Below, piece after piece: positions 25,001 through 36,091 of a DNA stretch of 64,000 bases. Under the pieces are notes generated by a model. It saw nothing but the letters and a program-made list of their open reading frames with translations. It ran no database searches and was not told the DNA's origin. The translations under genes were made by a program, and so were the position numbers. The stretch comes from Octopus sinensis (lineage: Eukaryota). The number at the start of each line of letters is the position of its first letter. The stretch's first letter is position 1. The stretch is from assembly GCF_006345805.1 (NCBI RefSeq), contig NC_042997.1, forward strand, positions 130,200,001 through 130,264,000. Direction: 5' to 3'.

Positions 25001-25370
25001 GCACATAAAAAACACCATCCGAGCGTGGTCGTCTGCTAGCCTTGTCTGGCACCTGTGTCGGTGGCACATAAAAACACCATCCGAGCGTGGCCGTTCGCCA
25101 GCCTCGTCTGGCACCTGTGTCGGTGGCACATACAAACACCATCCGAGCGTGGCCGTTCGCCAGCCTCGTCTGGCACCTGTGTCGGTGGCACATAAAATCA
25201 CCCACTACACTCTCGGAGTGGTTGGCGTTAGGAAGGGCATCCAGCTGTAGAAACACTGCCAGATCTGACTGGCCTGGTGCAGCCTTCGGGCTCCCCAGAC
25301 CCCAGTTGAACCGTCCAACCCATGCTAGCATGGAAAGCAGACGTTAAATGATGATGATGATGATGATGAT
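22024..25370 (+). mobile_element. RTE-clade LINE, 5'-truncated, young, sense-oriented in a WDR59 intron
   Basis: Homology starts mid-endonuclease (YDTLLQTTSL-TNDRDLLFVAGDFNGHVG). The 3' UTR has a 62-bp array and a terminal stem-loop, and ends in (GAT)n at 25370 running into (TA)n. Confidence 0.95.
22051..24693 (+). CDS. RTE ORF: truncated APE endonuclease + RT + PHD-like finger (880 aa, uninterrupted)
   Basis: APE motifs GDFN, QIDYIL and QHRLVV. RT motifs QFGF, AFVDLEKAFD, GVHQGSVLSPLLF, LLYADD and FRYLG. RTE-typical C-terminus RWYGHM..RGRPRKTW. Starts at TTG, with no N-terminal EN half. Confidence 0.95.
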   Translation: MTNDRDLLFVAGDFNGHVGRHAGGFHGVHGGYGYGSRNEEGTRLLEFCDANSLMVCNTNFRKPTSHLVTYRSGWHTSQIDYILARKRERWLLINAKTFPGEECTPQHRLVVSDFRIRNKRATRRRPTWRRRVWKLKDPANGQRFRDMLLEAFDEMEGGIAMHGVEDNWTLLRDNLLKATDQICGWCKVPLRPKITWWWNNIVDWAIRQKKQAWKAWKNGGSREVYQTARREARRQVYLARGEADKRKFANVLRREDERLEVFRVARQCVRENRDVVGEKCVRKDDGSLALNEDAKREAWRRHYERLLNEENEWDKESLPNVDPTDGPAIRVDSSVVAKAIRSMKTGKAPGPSGITAEMLKISGSVGYSIVTRIVNQVIHEGVIPNDWCSSIIVNCYKGKGDALDTNNYRGIKLLDQVMKVTERVIAQLIRERVSLDDMQFGFVPGKSTTDAIFLVRQLQEKYLAKGKPLYLAFVDLEKAFDRVPRSLIWWSMRKLGIDEWLVRAVRAMYRDAASKVRVGNEYSEEFRVEVGVHQGSVLSPLLFIIVLQAITEEFKTGCPWELLYADDLALIAESLSELEKKFQVWKQGLELKGLRINLAKTKVLISRKVDQPQTTSGRWPCSICKKGVGRNSIRCTKCKLWTHKRCSNVKGRLTGKIVFVCGRCSGEINSGNVQRPTSTTFQGDKLEVVDSFRYLGDQVSSGGGCAESVTARVRIAWAKFRELLPLLVTKGLSLRVKGRLYDACVRTAMLHGSETWAVTAEDIRKLARNEASMLRWMCNVSVHNRQSVSTLREKLDLRSISCGVQERRLRWYGHMTRMAEDSCVQKCYTLAVEGTCGRGRPRKTWDEVVKHDLRTLGLTKEMTRDRDLWKYAVREKTRQD

Positions 25371-25378
25371 ATATATAT

Positions 25379-25412
<34 letters not shown>

Positions 25413-25736
25413 ATATATATATATATATACACACATATATATATATAATATATATATATATATATACATACATATATATATATATACATATATATATATA
25501 CATACATATATATATATACAACATATATATACATACATATATTATATATATATATATACATTATATATATATATACATACTATATATATATACATACATA
25601 TATATATATATAACATACATATATATATACTACATATATATACATACAATATATATATATATATATATACATATATGTATATATACACACATATATATAT
25701 ATACATACATATATATATATACATATATATATACAC

Positions 25737-25779
<43 letters not shown>

Positions 25780-25781
25780 TG
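25371..25781. repeat. Long compound (TA)n/(TACA)n microsatellite; similar tracts at 2750-2830, 5360-5660, 8645-8760, 9925-10030, 11620-11691, 18790-19050, 26220-26410, 31705-31760 and 55215-55320
   Basis: Direct reading. These tracts are the source of the IY-repeat pseudo-ORFs. Confidence 0.97.
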
Positions 25782-26222
25782 TGAGCGCTACATCATCTGC
25801 ATGATGTGGAAAATATTCCATCAGCATTGCCCAAATGATGTTGGCATCACCTTTAAGGTACATCCAAGGCTTGGGCCCCGTGCCATCCGCCCAAAACAAA
25901 AATCGCACTCTCATCTCATAACAACAATACGGCACAATTATTTCACCTCAATTGGCCCTGCTCTCTTTAACATTACACCAAAACACATTAAAACAGAAAC
26001 TGACCCTATAGGGTTCAAGAAGTCTTTGGACAGATTCCTTCAAGAAATCCCGGATAAACCCCCTACACCTGGATATGTCTCTGTAAACAATAACTCTCTA
26101 CTTGAGTGGGCCATAGTGCCCAAATTCTGACTTGAAAGACTTCACCAGGTGGTGCTATTAAGTTAGACATGGCCTGGGCCAATAATGGCCGAAACCTATC
26201 AAAGTATCAAAGTATCAAAGTA
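25782..26222 (+). mobile_element. 5'-truncated 3' end of a CR1-group LINE with 8-bp tandem tail
   Basis: Encodes [47 protein letters not shown], homologous to the end of the 44317 ORF. The tail is (ATCAAAGT)x3, and both sides are embedded in (TA)n. Confidence 0.85.
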
Positions 26223-26227
26223 TATAC

Positions 26228-26264
<37 letters not shown>

Positions 26265-26269
26265 CATAC

Positions 26270-26300
<31 letters not shown>

Positions 26301-26339
26301 CATACATATATATATATATACATATATGTATATATACAC

Positions 26340-26384
<45 letters not shown>

Positions 26385-28084
26385 CATGTGTGTGTGTGTG
26401 TGTATGTATATGTGTGTAAAAAACACACTCAGTGCCGCCAATCCTTGTCAGTTATCATCCAAAGGATCTCACCAATTTCACATCTTTAACAATAATATTG
26501 ATTCCCTTTGGTAGCATCAGCAACTAGAAGCTGTTGGAAAATAGGGAGCAAATAAACACGGGACTAAATACGACAGAAAGTGAACATACAAACGTTGAAA
26601 TAAATATGCAGTATAATTATACAAAGAAAATAATACTTAAGATGAGACAAAATAGTGAATGGGCAAGGGACAAAGAGGGGAAACAAACATCAGAAAATGT
26701 GGACATACAAACAAAATGAAATAATTAAACAGAATAAGGCCTTACGGCTTAGACATGAAACAAAGATGTAGGTAACACCAGGAAGATTATCCTAGAGGAT
26801 AAGAAGCAAGAGAAACAGCAGAGAGACAACAAAATGTGTTGAAAAATGAGAGATGAGAGAAACACAACCAGTTTTGCAATCAACATGAAAAAAAATGGGG
26901 ATGAGAGATGATGATGCCCATGGGTCACGTGTCAGTGATAGGATAGAGAAAAGTGGTAGAGGGCACTGAGGGAGAGGGGAAGAGGAGGATGAAAGGGAAA
27001 GAAGGGACAGAAATAGACATTGTATGTACAGATAAATTCCAAGAATGTTAACAAAATAAGACCATGTGTGTAACGCCACACAGTTTTATTTTGTTAATGT
27101 TCTGTGAATTTATATGTGTATATACATATAAATACCTGTGTGTGTAGATGTACATATATGTATTTATTATAAGTATATATGTACATCACTAGCAGCATTT
27201 TACATCCATTTTCCATGTTGGCATGGATTGGATGATTTGACAAGAGCTGTCAATTCAGAAGATTGTGCCAAGCTCAACTGTTTACTTTGGCATGGTTTGT
27301 AGAGGTGGATGCTCTTAATTTTAATTTAATTTTTATTGGTTCAAAAAGCAAAAGCAAGGCCATGTAGGGGGATAGGGAGTTATGTACAGGGAGGATGGTC
27401 ATACAAAGAGTTCAGGCCATTTCCGGTCAAGAGAGACTTTGAACCAAGCGGTCGTCGGCATCTTCACTATCTCATCCAGCAGCTTATTCCATGGATCCGC
27501 AACCCTCTTCCTAATGCCAAGCACTTTACAGGGTCTTTTTGGTGCCTTTTACGTAGCACCAACACTGACATGGTCACACAGTAACTTACAAGACGTGACT
27601 CCTAAGCTGAGTGGGGATAGTAGTGTGGGAGGTGGCTTTGTGCCAGGTGTGTAGGGTATGAATAGAGTTAAAGAAACAGGTGTCTTGCATTGAGGGAGAT
27701 AAATAGCTAGTTCAGCAGAAGAGAGGAGGAAGGGAATGAAGATGAAAAAATGTGATAGGGGATGTTGTACACATATGTTACAGGGATGTGTATATAGGTG
27801 AAATGGAAACAAGGATTGGATGGGGAGAGTGGGTGTTTAAGTTCATGGGATTATGAAAGATAAATGGGAGGTGAAGATGGAATGCAGTGAGTGGATGCAT
27901 ATAAAGATAAGGTGTGTTAGGAGGATAAGATGTTGGGGAGAGATTCAACAGGGACACATTGTGTGCAGGTAGGTTCACAGGGGTGCAGAGGAAGAGTGAG
28001 GGGTAAAGGGGAGGGAAATACATGTGGTAAAATCAGGTGAGGGGCCTGGGAGAGGTGTTAGGAAGGTGGATTGGAGGGAAGATG

Positions 28085-28260
28085 TTTGTCATGGACATAA
28101 ATGAGATGCTTAAAATATCTGGTGGAGTGAGATACAGCCTAGTCACCTGTATAGTCAATCATGTTGCCCAGGAAAAGGTCATACTCAACGAATGGTGTAA
28201 CAGAATCATAGTCAACTGCTACAAAGATAAAGGACATGCTTTAGACAGAAGTAAAAACAG
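28085..28260 (+). mobile_element. Decayed RTE RT fragment
   Basis: EMLKISGGVRYSLVTCIVNHV..NEWCNRIIVNCYKDKG compared with EMLKISGSVGYSIVTRIVNQV..NDWCSSIIVNCYKGKG in the 22051 ORF. Confidence 0.8.
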
Positions 28261-28807
28261 AGTAACTTGCAAGACAAGGAATTTTAACAAGGGCAGGAGC
28301 ATTGGAGGAGGGATAGTGTGACAGAGAGGCAGAAACAAGTGTCTTCCTATAGAGGAGATATATCGTTACTCAGTGAGAGAGAGAGAGAGAATGTAAAGCT
28401 GATAACCTGGTCATCTTCTTGAAGGGCAAACCTAATAATATATAAGCAATTAGATCCTATGTGCTATGCAGAGTAGCTTTCTTGACATCATCCTTGTCCA
28501 GTTATTTTTTTCTTTTTCAACAGTTTCATCCCCAAGACCTCCTTCACCACTCTATATTGTCATTACTAGTGTTCAGTGTAAACACCATAACCTATCCTTG
28601 TTCACAAAATTGTCTGGTCAAATACATGTTCAATTCACTTGTGTGAAACTCTGAGTAACATTGGGGTAAACCACTGACTGTTATGCTGTAAATATTCATT
28701 CTACATCATGTATTGCATGCTCTTTTCTTTCATTTGTGTATGTGTATGCATGTATATATATATATGGTGTACACACGTAGCAGGATATTCTAATTTTCTA
28801 CTTATAG

Positions 28808-28950
28808 CTTACTTGATCCCAGTCAATCAAGACAGTACGAAAACTTCAAGAAGTCCTATTCCAATATTTTACATAAATGCCAACTGTTTAATAAATCAGC
28901 TGAAGTACAGAAACACATGGCCGTTCTTCCAGAACAGAAGTCTACATTAG
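28808..28950 (+). CDS. WDR59: WDR59 coding exon, 143 nt, phase 2-1
   Basis: Acceptor ttttctacttatag| and donor TTAG|gtgagg. Encodes LLDPSQSRQYENFKKSYSNILHKCQLFNKSAEVQKHMAVLPEQKSTL, matching recalled human WDR59 LLDPANTQQFDDFKKCYGEILYRWGLREKRAEVLK. Confidence 0.93.
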
Positions 28951-30014
28951 GTGAGGAATCTTGATACTTACTCAGTTATTTGTGTAGTGTGATTTGATAT
29001 ATATAATCGTGTGTATGTGTGTGTTCAGAAGTATAATTGAAAACTGTAGCCATTCTATCTTTTTCTTTCTGGCAGTGTACACCTATGATCACATCATCTG
29101 GTGTGACCTTCCTTTCTAAAGACTGTAGGGTATAATTCAAAGAGAATTCAACTGCTTTTGTATATGTGTAAAAGGAGATGTTAAATTTCGTTACTCAGTA
29201 AAGTTAGCAAAAGAGAAATAAATTCTCTTCAAATTTAATGTTTCACACACAAGATTCTTGTATTTCCATAACAGGACTATTGAGTGCTTAATTTCAGGTT
29301 TACATGCAACAAAACTGGAAACAACTTAATTCATACCTGATAATTTTGTACAGGTGTTATCTAAACAAGTAAGAAGTTTGCTTCCTGGCTTTGATAGACA
29401 GAACTGTATAGAAGCCTGCCACGTGTGTGTGTGGGGGGGATGGGTGAGTGGATGTCTGTGTGTCTATGTTGACAGTTGGTGTTGATTTGTTTACATCGCC
29501 ATAACTTGGCAGTTCAGCAAAGAAGACCAATAGAGACAAATGGCCTTTAAAAAGATATGTTGATCTGTTGAACCAAAAACCTTCAAGGCAGTGCCCCAAC
29601 ATGGCTACAATCCAATGATGAAATTTTGGTGAATATTGCATAGCTTTCTCTGAGTGGATTTTATCTGCAGATGGCTACATCCTGATCATTAACCTCATGA
29701 TGAGGCTATTGTGACAGGTCAATTGCTTCATAATGGTCATCGTTCTCATGTGACAATGTTGATGGCTGGTTAAGCATATGACTTCTGTAGGAACATGAAA
29801 AGCAAGAAATAATAGAAAATCTTTGTTTTTCTAGATTAATGTGCAACTTTTATCAGTAGGGACAATCAGTTTTGAGCTAAATTTAATATTTTATGAATTG
29901 TCAAGTGTCCCCAGTGTTGTAAGAATCAACAACTTGACATGTTAACCACCACAGCCTGTTATTGGAACTTACTGATGGTGCCATGTATTTCCTGTTACAC
30001 TGTATACTGTTTAA

Positions 30015-30234
30015 CCCTTTCATTATCAGCCTGGCTGAAACCGGCTCTGGTTCTGAGTACAAATGTCTTGTTTTCATAAGTTTTGAATTAAAATCTTCCA
30101 CCAAACCTTAGTCACAATTTATGTTCCTAACATAAGCTTAATGATAACTAAGTTATTTTACTAAATTCTTTGTTATATTTAAAATAATTGAAAGAAACAC
30201 AGAGCATCTCAAAATAAATATAGTAATGAAAGGG
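30015..30234. mobile_element. piggyBac-type MITE (220 bp)
   Basis: TTAA target duplication at 30011-30014 and 30235-30238. Perfect 11-bp TIR CCCTTTCATTA / TAATGAAAGGG. No coding capacity. Confidence 0.85.
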
Positions 30235-31702
30235 TTAATTACAAGAAAATGTAATTATTTTGCATTTTTACTATATTTCATAATTAAACTTTAATATTTA
30301 GCACTCATGCTACTTAAATATCCTCAAAACTATGTCAAAGAAAGGGAATAAAATATTTTCTCAAATTATGATATTGTATACTAGTGGTACATGTGGCAGT
30401 TAATGTGTTAATATTAGATTTATTGTGGCCTTTATATTTTGGATGAATGAATCTAAAAGGATGCTTATTACCCTTTTGGATAACAATTTTTCTGTCTGTT
30501 AATCTCTATTATTCAAAGTGTATCTTTTGAATTGTTTTGTCATTGCATGTGTTTCCATGTTTCTTCTTTGTCTCTGCCTATCTCTTTACAATGACAATTT
30601 AGTCAAAATACTGAATTATTTATACATGAGATCATAACAGATCAGTTGAGAGGTATTGGGAGTTATTGCTTATATTTTTCAGGTGTTCCTTGCCAGTTAC
30701 TTTTCAACAGAAATAAACCTTTGGTCAAAAATTCCTCTGATTTTGGTAGGATCCTTGCCTACACTTAATGCTCATTGCAGCATCCCACACTGCATCACTG
30801 TGTTATCCCTAATATTCTAATACTGAGATATAGTTTCTGAACCTCAGTTTAGATTCCCTTAGAAAACCTTTTAAAATTGGCCTGTACACCACTAGTCATT
30901 TCAGATTCTTGCAGAAGTTCCTACAGCACTGATCATTTCAGGTTTTCACCTCCTCAGTACCTCCTCTTCTACTGGTCATTTTAAATCTTCATGTCAGCTC
31001 CTCCTGCACTCCTGCTCATCCTTCACAGTGACAAGGACTGTCTAATTGACCTTAGGGATGACTGATGTGTTACCCAGTGAATTTGTTTAAAGTGAAGAAG
31101 AGTTGCACACCACCAATCTAACTCTCTCTCTCTCTTGTCTGTAACCAACTTCAGACCATTGGCAAGTCTAGGTCAAGACAATTGAGGATGGAGATGGATG
31201 CAGTGACTGACTAAAATGTCTTACTTGCCTTGTTTTGTTTTCTGCTACAATGCAGAAATTGCTACAGCTATCTTCCCCACTGCTGAGCCATGAAGGCTTC
31301 TTCAGCTGAGTCCACCAAATCCAGTCTTCACATCCATAGGTAGGCAAGCCCTAATATGCTAATTAACCCCATAGCTTGGACTGTAACAGGTGCTTCTGTT
31401 CCAGATCAGGATAGACCTGGAAACAATAGTGGTTAAAAGATGGTTCCACACCCCTCAAAACCCTGAAAATCTTGAACCAGGATCCTACTACTGGCTGCAG
31501 TTTAAAGTCATGCTCAAGACATACCTTTTACAGTTATGGTTATTTAAAACCCTTGCCTCATCTCCTCCTATTCTGCTGGTCATTTACAATTTTTTCTTCA
31601 ATTCCTCTTATAACCACTGCTCCTTTTAGACACTTAAACACCTTACACTCAGCTGTACATATCCACAGTACATATTTTCTCCTATAGACTCAGTACAATT
31701 CA

Positions 31703-31767
<65 letters not shown>

Positions 31768-32367
31768 TATACACACTATATACACTTCACTGCTATACAT
31801 ACCACACAACTATATACTCCACACACTTCCCCATTATACATTTCCCATTATATACACTTCACCTCTTTATATGCAACAGTACAGCACTGTACACAGGACA
31901 CCTATGTACACATTACTATACATTCCTTTCCACTATACACACCACACCATTATATGCACCTCACCAATGTATTTACCATGCAGTTGTACACATCACTGTA
32001 CACAGGATGCTCTGTACATACGACACATCAGTGCAAAGGTTAAAGGTCATACATTCGTCACTAAAGTATTAAAGGTCACAGTTCAGATGTGATATTAAGC
32101 AGAGGGTCAGTATTAGTGTATTTTCCTCTTCTATTCCCTGAATGTCATGATTAAATGTGTTTAAAAACATGTCAATGTCAGGTAATGGCTAATTGTTGGA
32201 TGTCAGATTTCATCTGAAAACACAAACATGCACGTGCACACACTTACACACACACACATGCACACACTTTCACTCTTTCTCCATCTCCCACCCCCCACTC
32301 TCTCTTATCTCCACTCTTTCTTATTCAGTGTTTCTTCGATAACATTTCTTTTACATTATACTTTCAG

Positions 32368-32475
32368 AATTCAAAGCCATTTGTCATTATTGTCTTCATG
32401 AAACAAAAGGTCCTCAATGTGATAACTGCCACAAGGTGGCATTGCAGTGTGCAGTCTGCCAAATTGGAGTACGAG
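32368..32475 (+). CDS. WDR59: WDR59 coding exon (Zn finger / start of RING), 108 nt, phase 1-1
   Basis: Acceptor tactttcag| and donor CGAG|gtaata. Encodes (E)FKAICHYCLHETKGPQCDNCHKVALQCAVCQIGVR, matching recalled human EFGVYCSHCRSEVRGTQCAICKGFTFQCAICHVAVR. Confidence 0.95.
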
Positions 32476-32658
32476 GTAATAACTAATATTTGTTATTCCG
32501 TAATATTCTTAAGACAAAAACAATTGGTTGTTAGAAATTATACTGCTCTCCCACCTGGGGGGAAAAAAATCATGTTATGTAAGAATTAATGGTTTAATTA
32601 ATAAAATTGTAATTGATTTCCTTTTAGCTCCTTTGGAAATCTTAAGTAGTTTCCACAG

Positions 32659-33165
32659 CATCATCATCATCATCATCATCATTTAACATCCACTTTCTAT
32701 GCTAGCATGGGTTGGACGGTTCAACCGGGGTCTGGGAAGCCAGGAGGCTGCACCAGGCCCAGTCTGATCTGGCAGTGTTTCTACAGCTGGATGTCCTTCC
32801 TAATGCCAACCACTCCGTGAGTGTAGTGGGTGCTTTTTACGTGCCACAGGTGCCAGGCGAGGCTGGCAACGGCCACAATCGGTTGATACTTTTTACGTGC
32901 CACCGGCACTGGTATCACAACTACAATTTCCATTGATTTTTGATCGATTTCGATTTCACTTGCCTCAACAGGACTTCGCAAGCAAAGTTTTGTGTCCCAA
33001 GAAGGAAAGGTATGCATAAGTGGACTGGCTACATCCCAGGTAATGGCCACAGGTTATGGTCTCACTTGTTCTGCCGGGTCTTCTCATGCACAGCATATTT
33101 CCAAAGGTCTCGGTCACTAGTCATTGCCTCGGTGAGACCTAATGTTCAAAAGTCGTGCTTAAAGA
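32659..33165 (-). mobile_element. 5'-truncated RTE 3' end
   Basis: Reverse complement of the ORF end, 3' UTR and (GAT)n tail of the 22024-25370 family. Starts 183 bp after the donor of WDR59 exon 32368-32475. Confidence 0.85.
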
Positions 33166-34088
33166 TCATTTATCAGAAATGTTCTGTATTTAAATTTATT
33201 CTCACAGCACACTTTTCTTTTATTCTTCATTAAGAAATCTTTAGCAAAAATCTTCAGGAATTAAGAAAATGTACCTAAGAAATTGAGAAATTCATCCAAA
33301 ACATCTCATGAAAAATTTGAGCAATTTGAAAGGTACTTTTTATACTGAAGAATAAAGAACACTATGTCAATTGAATGTGATGTAAGTGTAAAAAATGACA
33401 TCATGTTTGCTAAAACCACTCAGCCATAATCTATTAAGGGAAGTCCTTTGTAATTATTCATCTTAAAAAAGGTGGTACTCATTAGATAAAGTAAAAAAAA
33501 GAGACAGAATGTCGCAGTGGGAATGTCTTTGATCAGAGACTTGTTAGAAACAGTACTGACCTGGACCTCAATAACAATTTTAGGCTAAAAAACAAAAATG
33601 TTTTCAATGTTTAGTGAGTATTAATGATTTGTTTCAAGACTGAACACCCGAACCCCTTGGAACTCACAATATACTCAACTAGAGTAAGTGAATGTCTTTC
33701 TTCTGTTTCCTCAAATATGAATATTGTTATGATTCAGTTTTGTCCAGTAACACAAAGCAACAGAGAAATAATTGAGAAGGTCATCACAAGATACTCTTCA
33801 ATTAACTACATCAGTTTGATATATCTAACAAGCAGTATTAGATTAAAATAGCCATCAGTGTACTGTACTTAATGCAGATACATTGTGAAAGGCAAATTAA
33901 CTTCAGTATTTGTGCAGAGATGATATCTCCTATGGATGTACTGTTTAAAAACACAAAAATACATCATGAGCAGATGATAATCATCCAGCAGCAGCAGTGA
34001 GATGTTAGATACACATTTCTGCCTCTTCGAGCTTTTGTCAGTAGCATTTACCCACTGCCAGTCACATTGTTTTTAAACACAGTGCATC

Positions 34089-35040
34089 CATCATCATCAT
34101 CATCATCATCATCGTTTAACATCCACTTTCTATGCTAGCATGGGTTGGACAGTTTGACTGAGGGCTGGTGAACCAGATGGCTGCACCAGGCTCCATCCAA
34201 TCTGATCTGGCAGAGTTTCTACAGCTTGATGCCCTTCCTAACGCCAACCACTCCGAGAGTGTAGTGGGTGCATTTACAGGCCACTGGCATGGGGAGCCAG
34301 TCAAGGCAGTACTGGCAACGACCTCGCTCTAATGCTTTTACATGTACCACCAGCACAATTGCCAGTAAGGCGATGCTGGTAACGATCACGCTCGAATGGT
34401 GCCCTTTTACGTGCCACCGGCACGGAAGTCAGTTAGCCACTCTGGCAACGATCATGCTCGGATGGTGCTCTTAGCACCCTACTAGTATGGGGCTCGAGTG
34501 CCAGTAAGGCAACACTGGTAACGATCACACTCGAATGGTGCCTTTTATGTGCCATTGGCACGGAAGCCGGTTAGCCACTCTGTTAATGATCACACTCGTG
34601 TGGTGCTCTTTGCACCCTGCTAGCATGAATGCCAGTCATTGAATTTGATTTTGATTTCACTTGCCTCAACAGGTCTTTGCAAGCAGAGTTTAGTGTCCAA
34701 AGAAGGAAAAGGTACACACAAGTGGGCTGGTTACGCCCCTGGCATAGGCCCCGAGGTTATGGTTTCATTTGGCTTGCCGGGTCTTCTCAAGCACAGCATT
34801 ATCTCCTAACAAATACCAGTGTTTAATTTACCTTTTGCATACATCATCATCGTCTTCATCATTGTTTAACATCTGTTTTCCATGCTGGCATGGGTTGGAT
34901 GGTTTGACTGAGGTCTGGAAAGCATGAAGGCTGCACCAGGCTCCAATCTGATCTGGCAGTGTTTCTTCAGCTGGATGTCCTTCTGAATGCCAGCTATTCT
35001 GTGAGTGTAGTGGGTGCTTTTTATGTGACACCGGCACAGG
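34089..35040 (-). mobile_element. Two adjacent truncated RTE 3' ends (34089-34800 with degenerate array; 34845-35040)
   Basis: Each begins with (CAT)n + TTTAACATC and contains the family terminal segment. Confidence 0.8.
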
Positions 35041-35321
35041 AGTCAGTCAGGCAATACACAAATGGCTAAATACATTAGTGTTAATTAACAGTGAAGGTGC
35101 CCGGCTTCGTGGATAGGCTATTCAACTCAAGATTGTAAAGTTGTGGGTTTGGTTCCTGGCAGTGCATTGTGTACTTGAACAAGACATTTTATTCTTAGTT
35201 GCTCCAGTTCACTCAGCTGGTAAAATGAATTATAGCTGTTCTTCTTTGTCATGTTCTATGTCATGCTGAATCTCCATGAGAACTACATTAAAAGTATGCA
35301 TATACCTTTATTAAAGGTATA

Positions 35322-35705
35322 GGTGTAGGAGTGGCTGTGTGGTAAGTAGCTTGTTTACCAACCACATGGTTCTGGGTTCAGTTCCACTGCGTGGTACGTT
35401 GGGCAAGTGTCTTCTACTATAGCCTCGAGCCAACCAAAGCCTTGTGAGTGGATTTGGTAGATGGAAACTGAAAGAAGCCTGTTGTATATATATACATGTG
35501 TGTGTGTATATGTTTGTGTGTCTGTGTTTGTCTCCCCAACCGATGCTGGTGTGTTTACGTCACCGTAACTTAGCGGTTCGGCAAAAGAGACCGATAAAAT
35601 AAGTACTAGGCTTACAAAGAATAAGTCCTGGGGTCGATTTGCTCGACTAAAGACGGTGCTCCAGCATGGCCACAGTCAAATGAATGAAACAAGTAAAAGA
35701 GTAAA
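35322..35705 (+). mobile_element. tRNA-derived SINE, family B
   Basis: GGAGTGGCTGTGTGGTAAG (A box) and GGTTCAGTTCC (B box), TTGGGCAAGTGTCTTC core, internal TA/TG repeat, and 3' AACAAGTAAAAGAGTAAAAGAG. Confidence 0.85.
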
Positions 35706-35898
35706 AGAGTATATCTGTGGAGTGCTCAGCCACTTGCACATTAATTTCACAAGCAGGCTGTTCTGCTGAACCGGGAACACTCTTCAACACAACCAACAGA
35801 AAACCAGGCCAAGTCACACTATTTTGTTTTTTTAATTTTAATTCACTTCAGCTTTCAATTCAATTATTCTTGTCTAATTTTTGTTCAATTTCTTGCAG

Positions 35899-36035
35899 GT
35901 TCTGCCAGTTTCTGTTTAGTCTGTGGTCATGGAGGTCACACATTACACATGTCACATTGGTTCCTCTCGTATTCGCAGTGTCCCAGTGGTTGTGGTTGCC
36001 TATGTATTGAAAGAAATTTAATTGAAGCTCTCTGA
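35899..36035 (+). CDS. WDR59: WDR59 terminal coding exon (RING) with stop codon
   Basis: Acceptor aatttcttgcag|. Encodes (G)SASFCLVCGHGGHTLHMSHWFLSYSQCPSGCGCLCIERNLIEAL, then TGA at 36033-36035. Matches recalled human GSSNFCLTCGHGGHTSHMMEWF...CPTGCGCHC. Confidence 0.95.
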
Positions 36036-36085
36036 CTTATTACTTCTGCACTTTTTATTATTACAAATTGTTGTTTGATTTCCAC

Positions 36086-36091
36086 AATAAA
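36086..36091 (+). terminator. Candidate WDR59 polyadenylation signal AATAAA
   Basis: AATAAA lies 50 nt after the stop and is followed by a T/GT-rich tract (ttagtttttaatttttgttttg). No transcript evidence. Confidence 0.45.
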
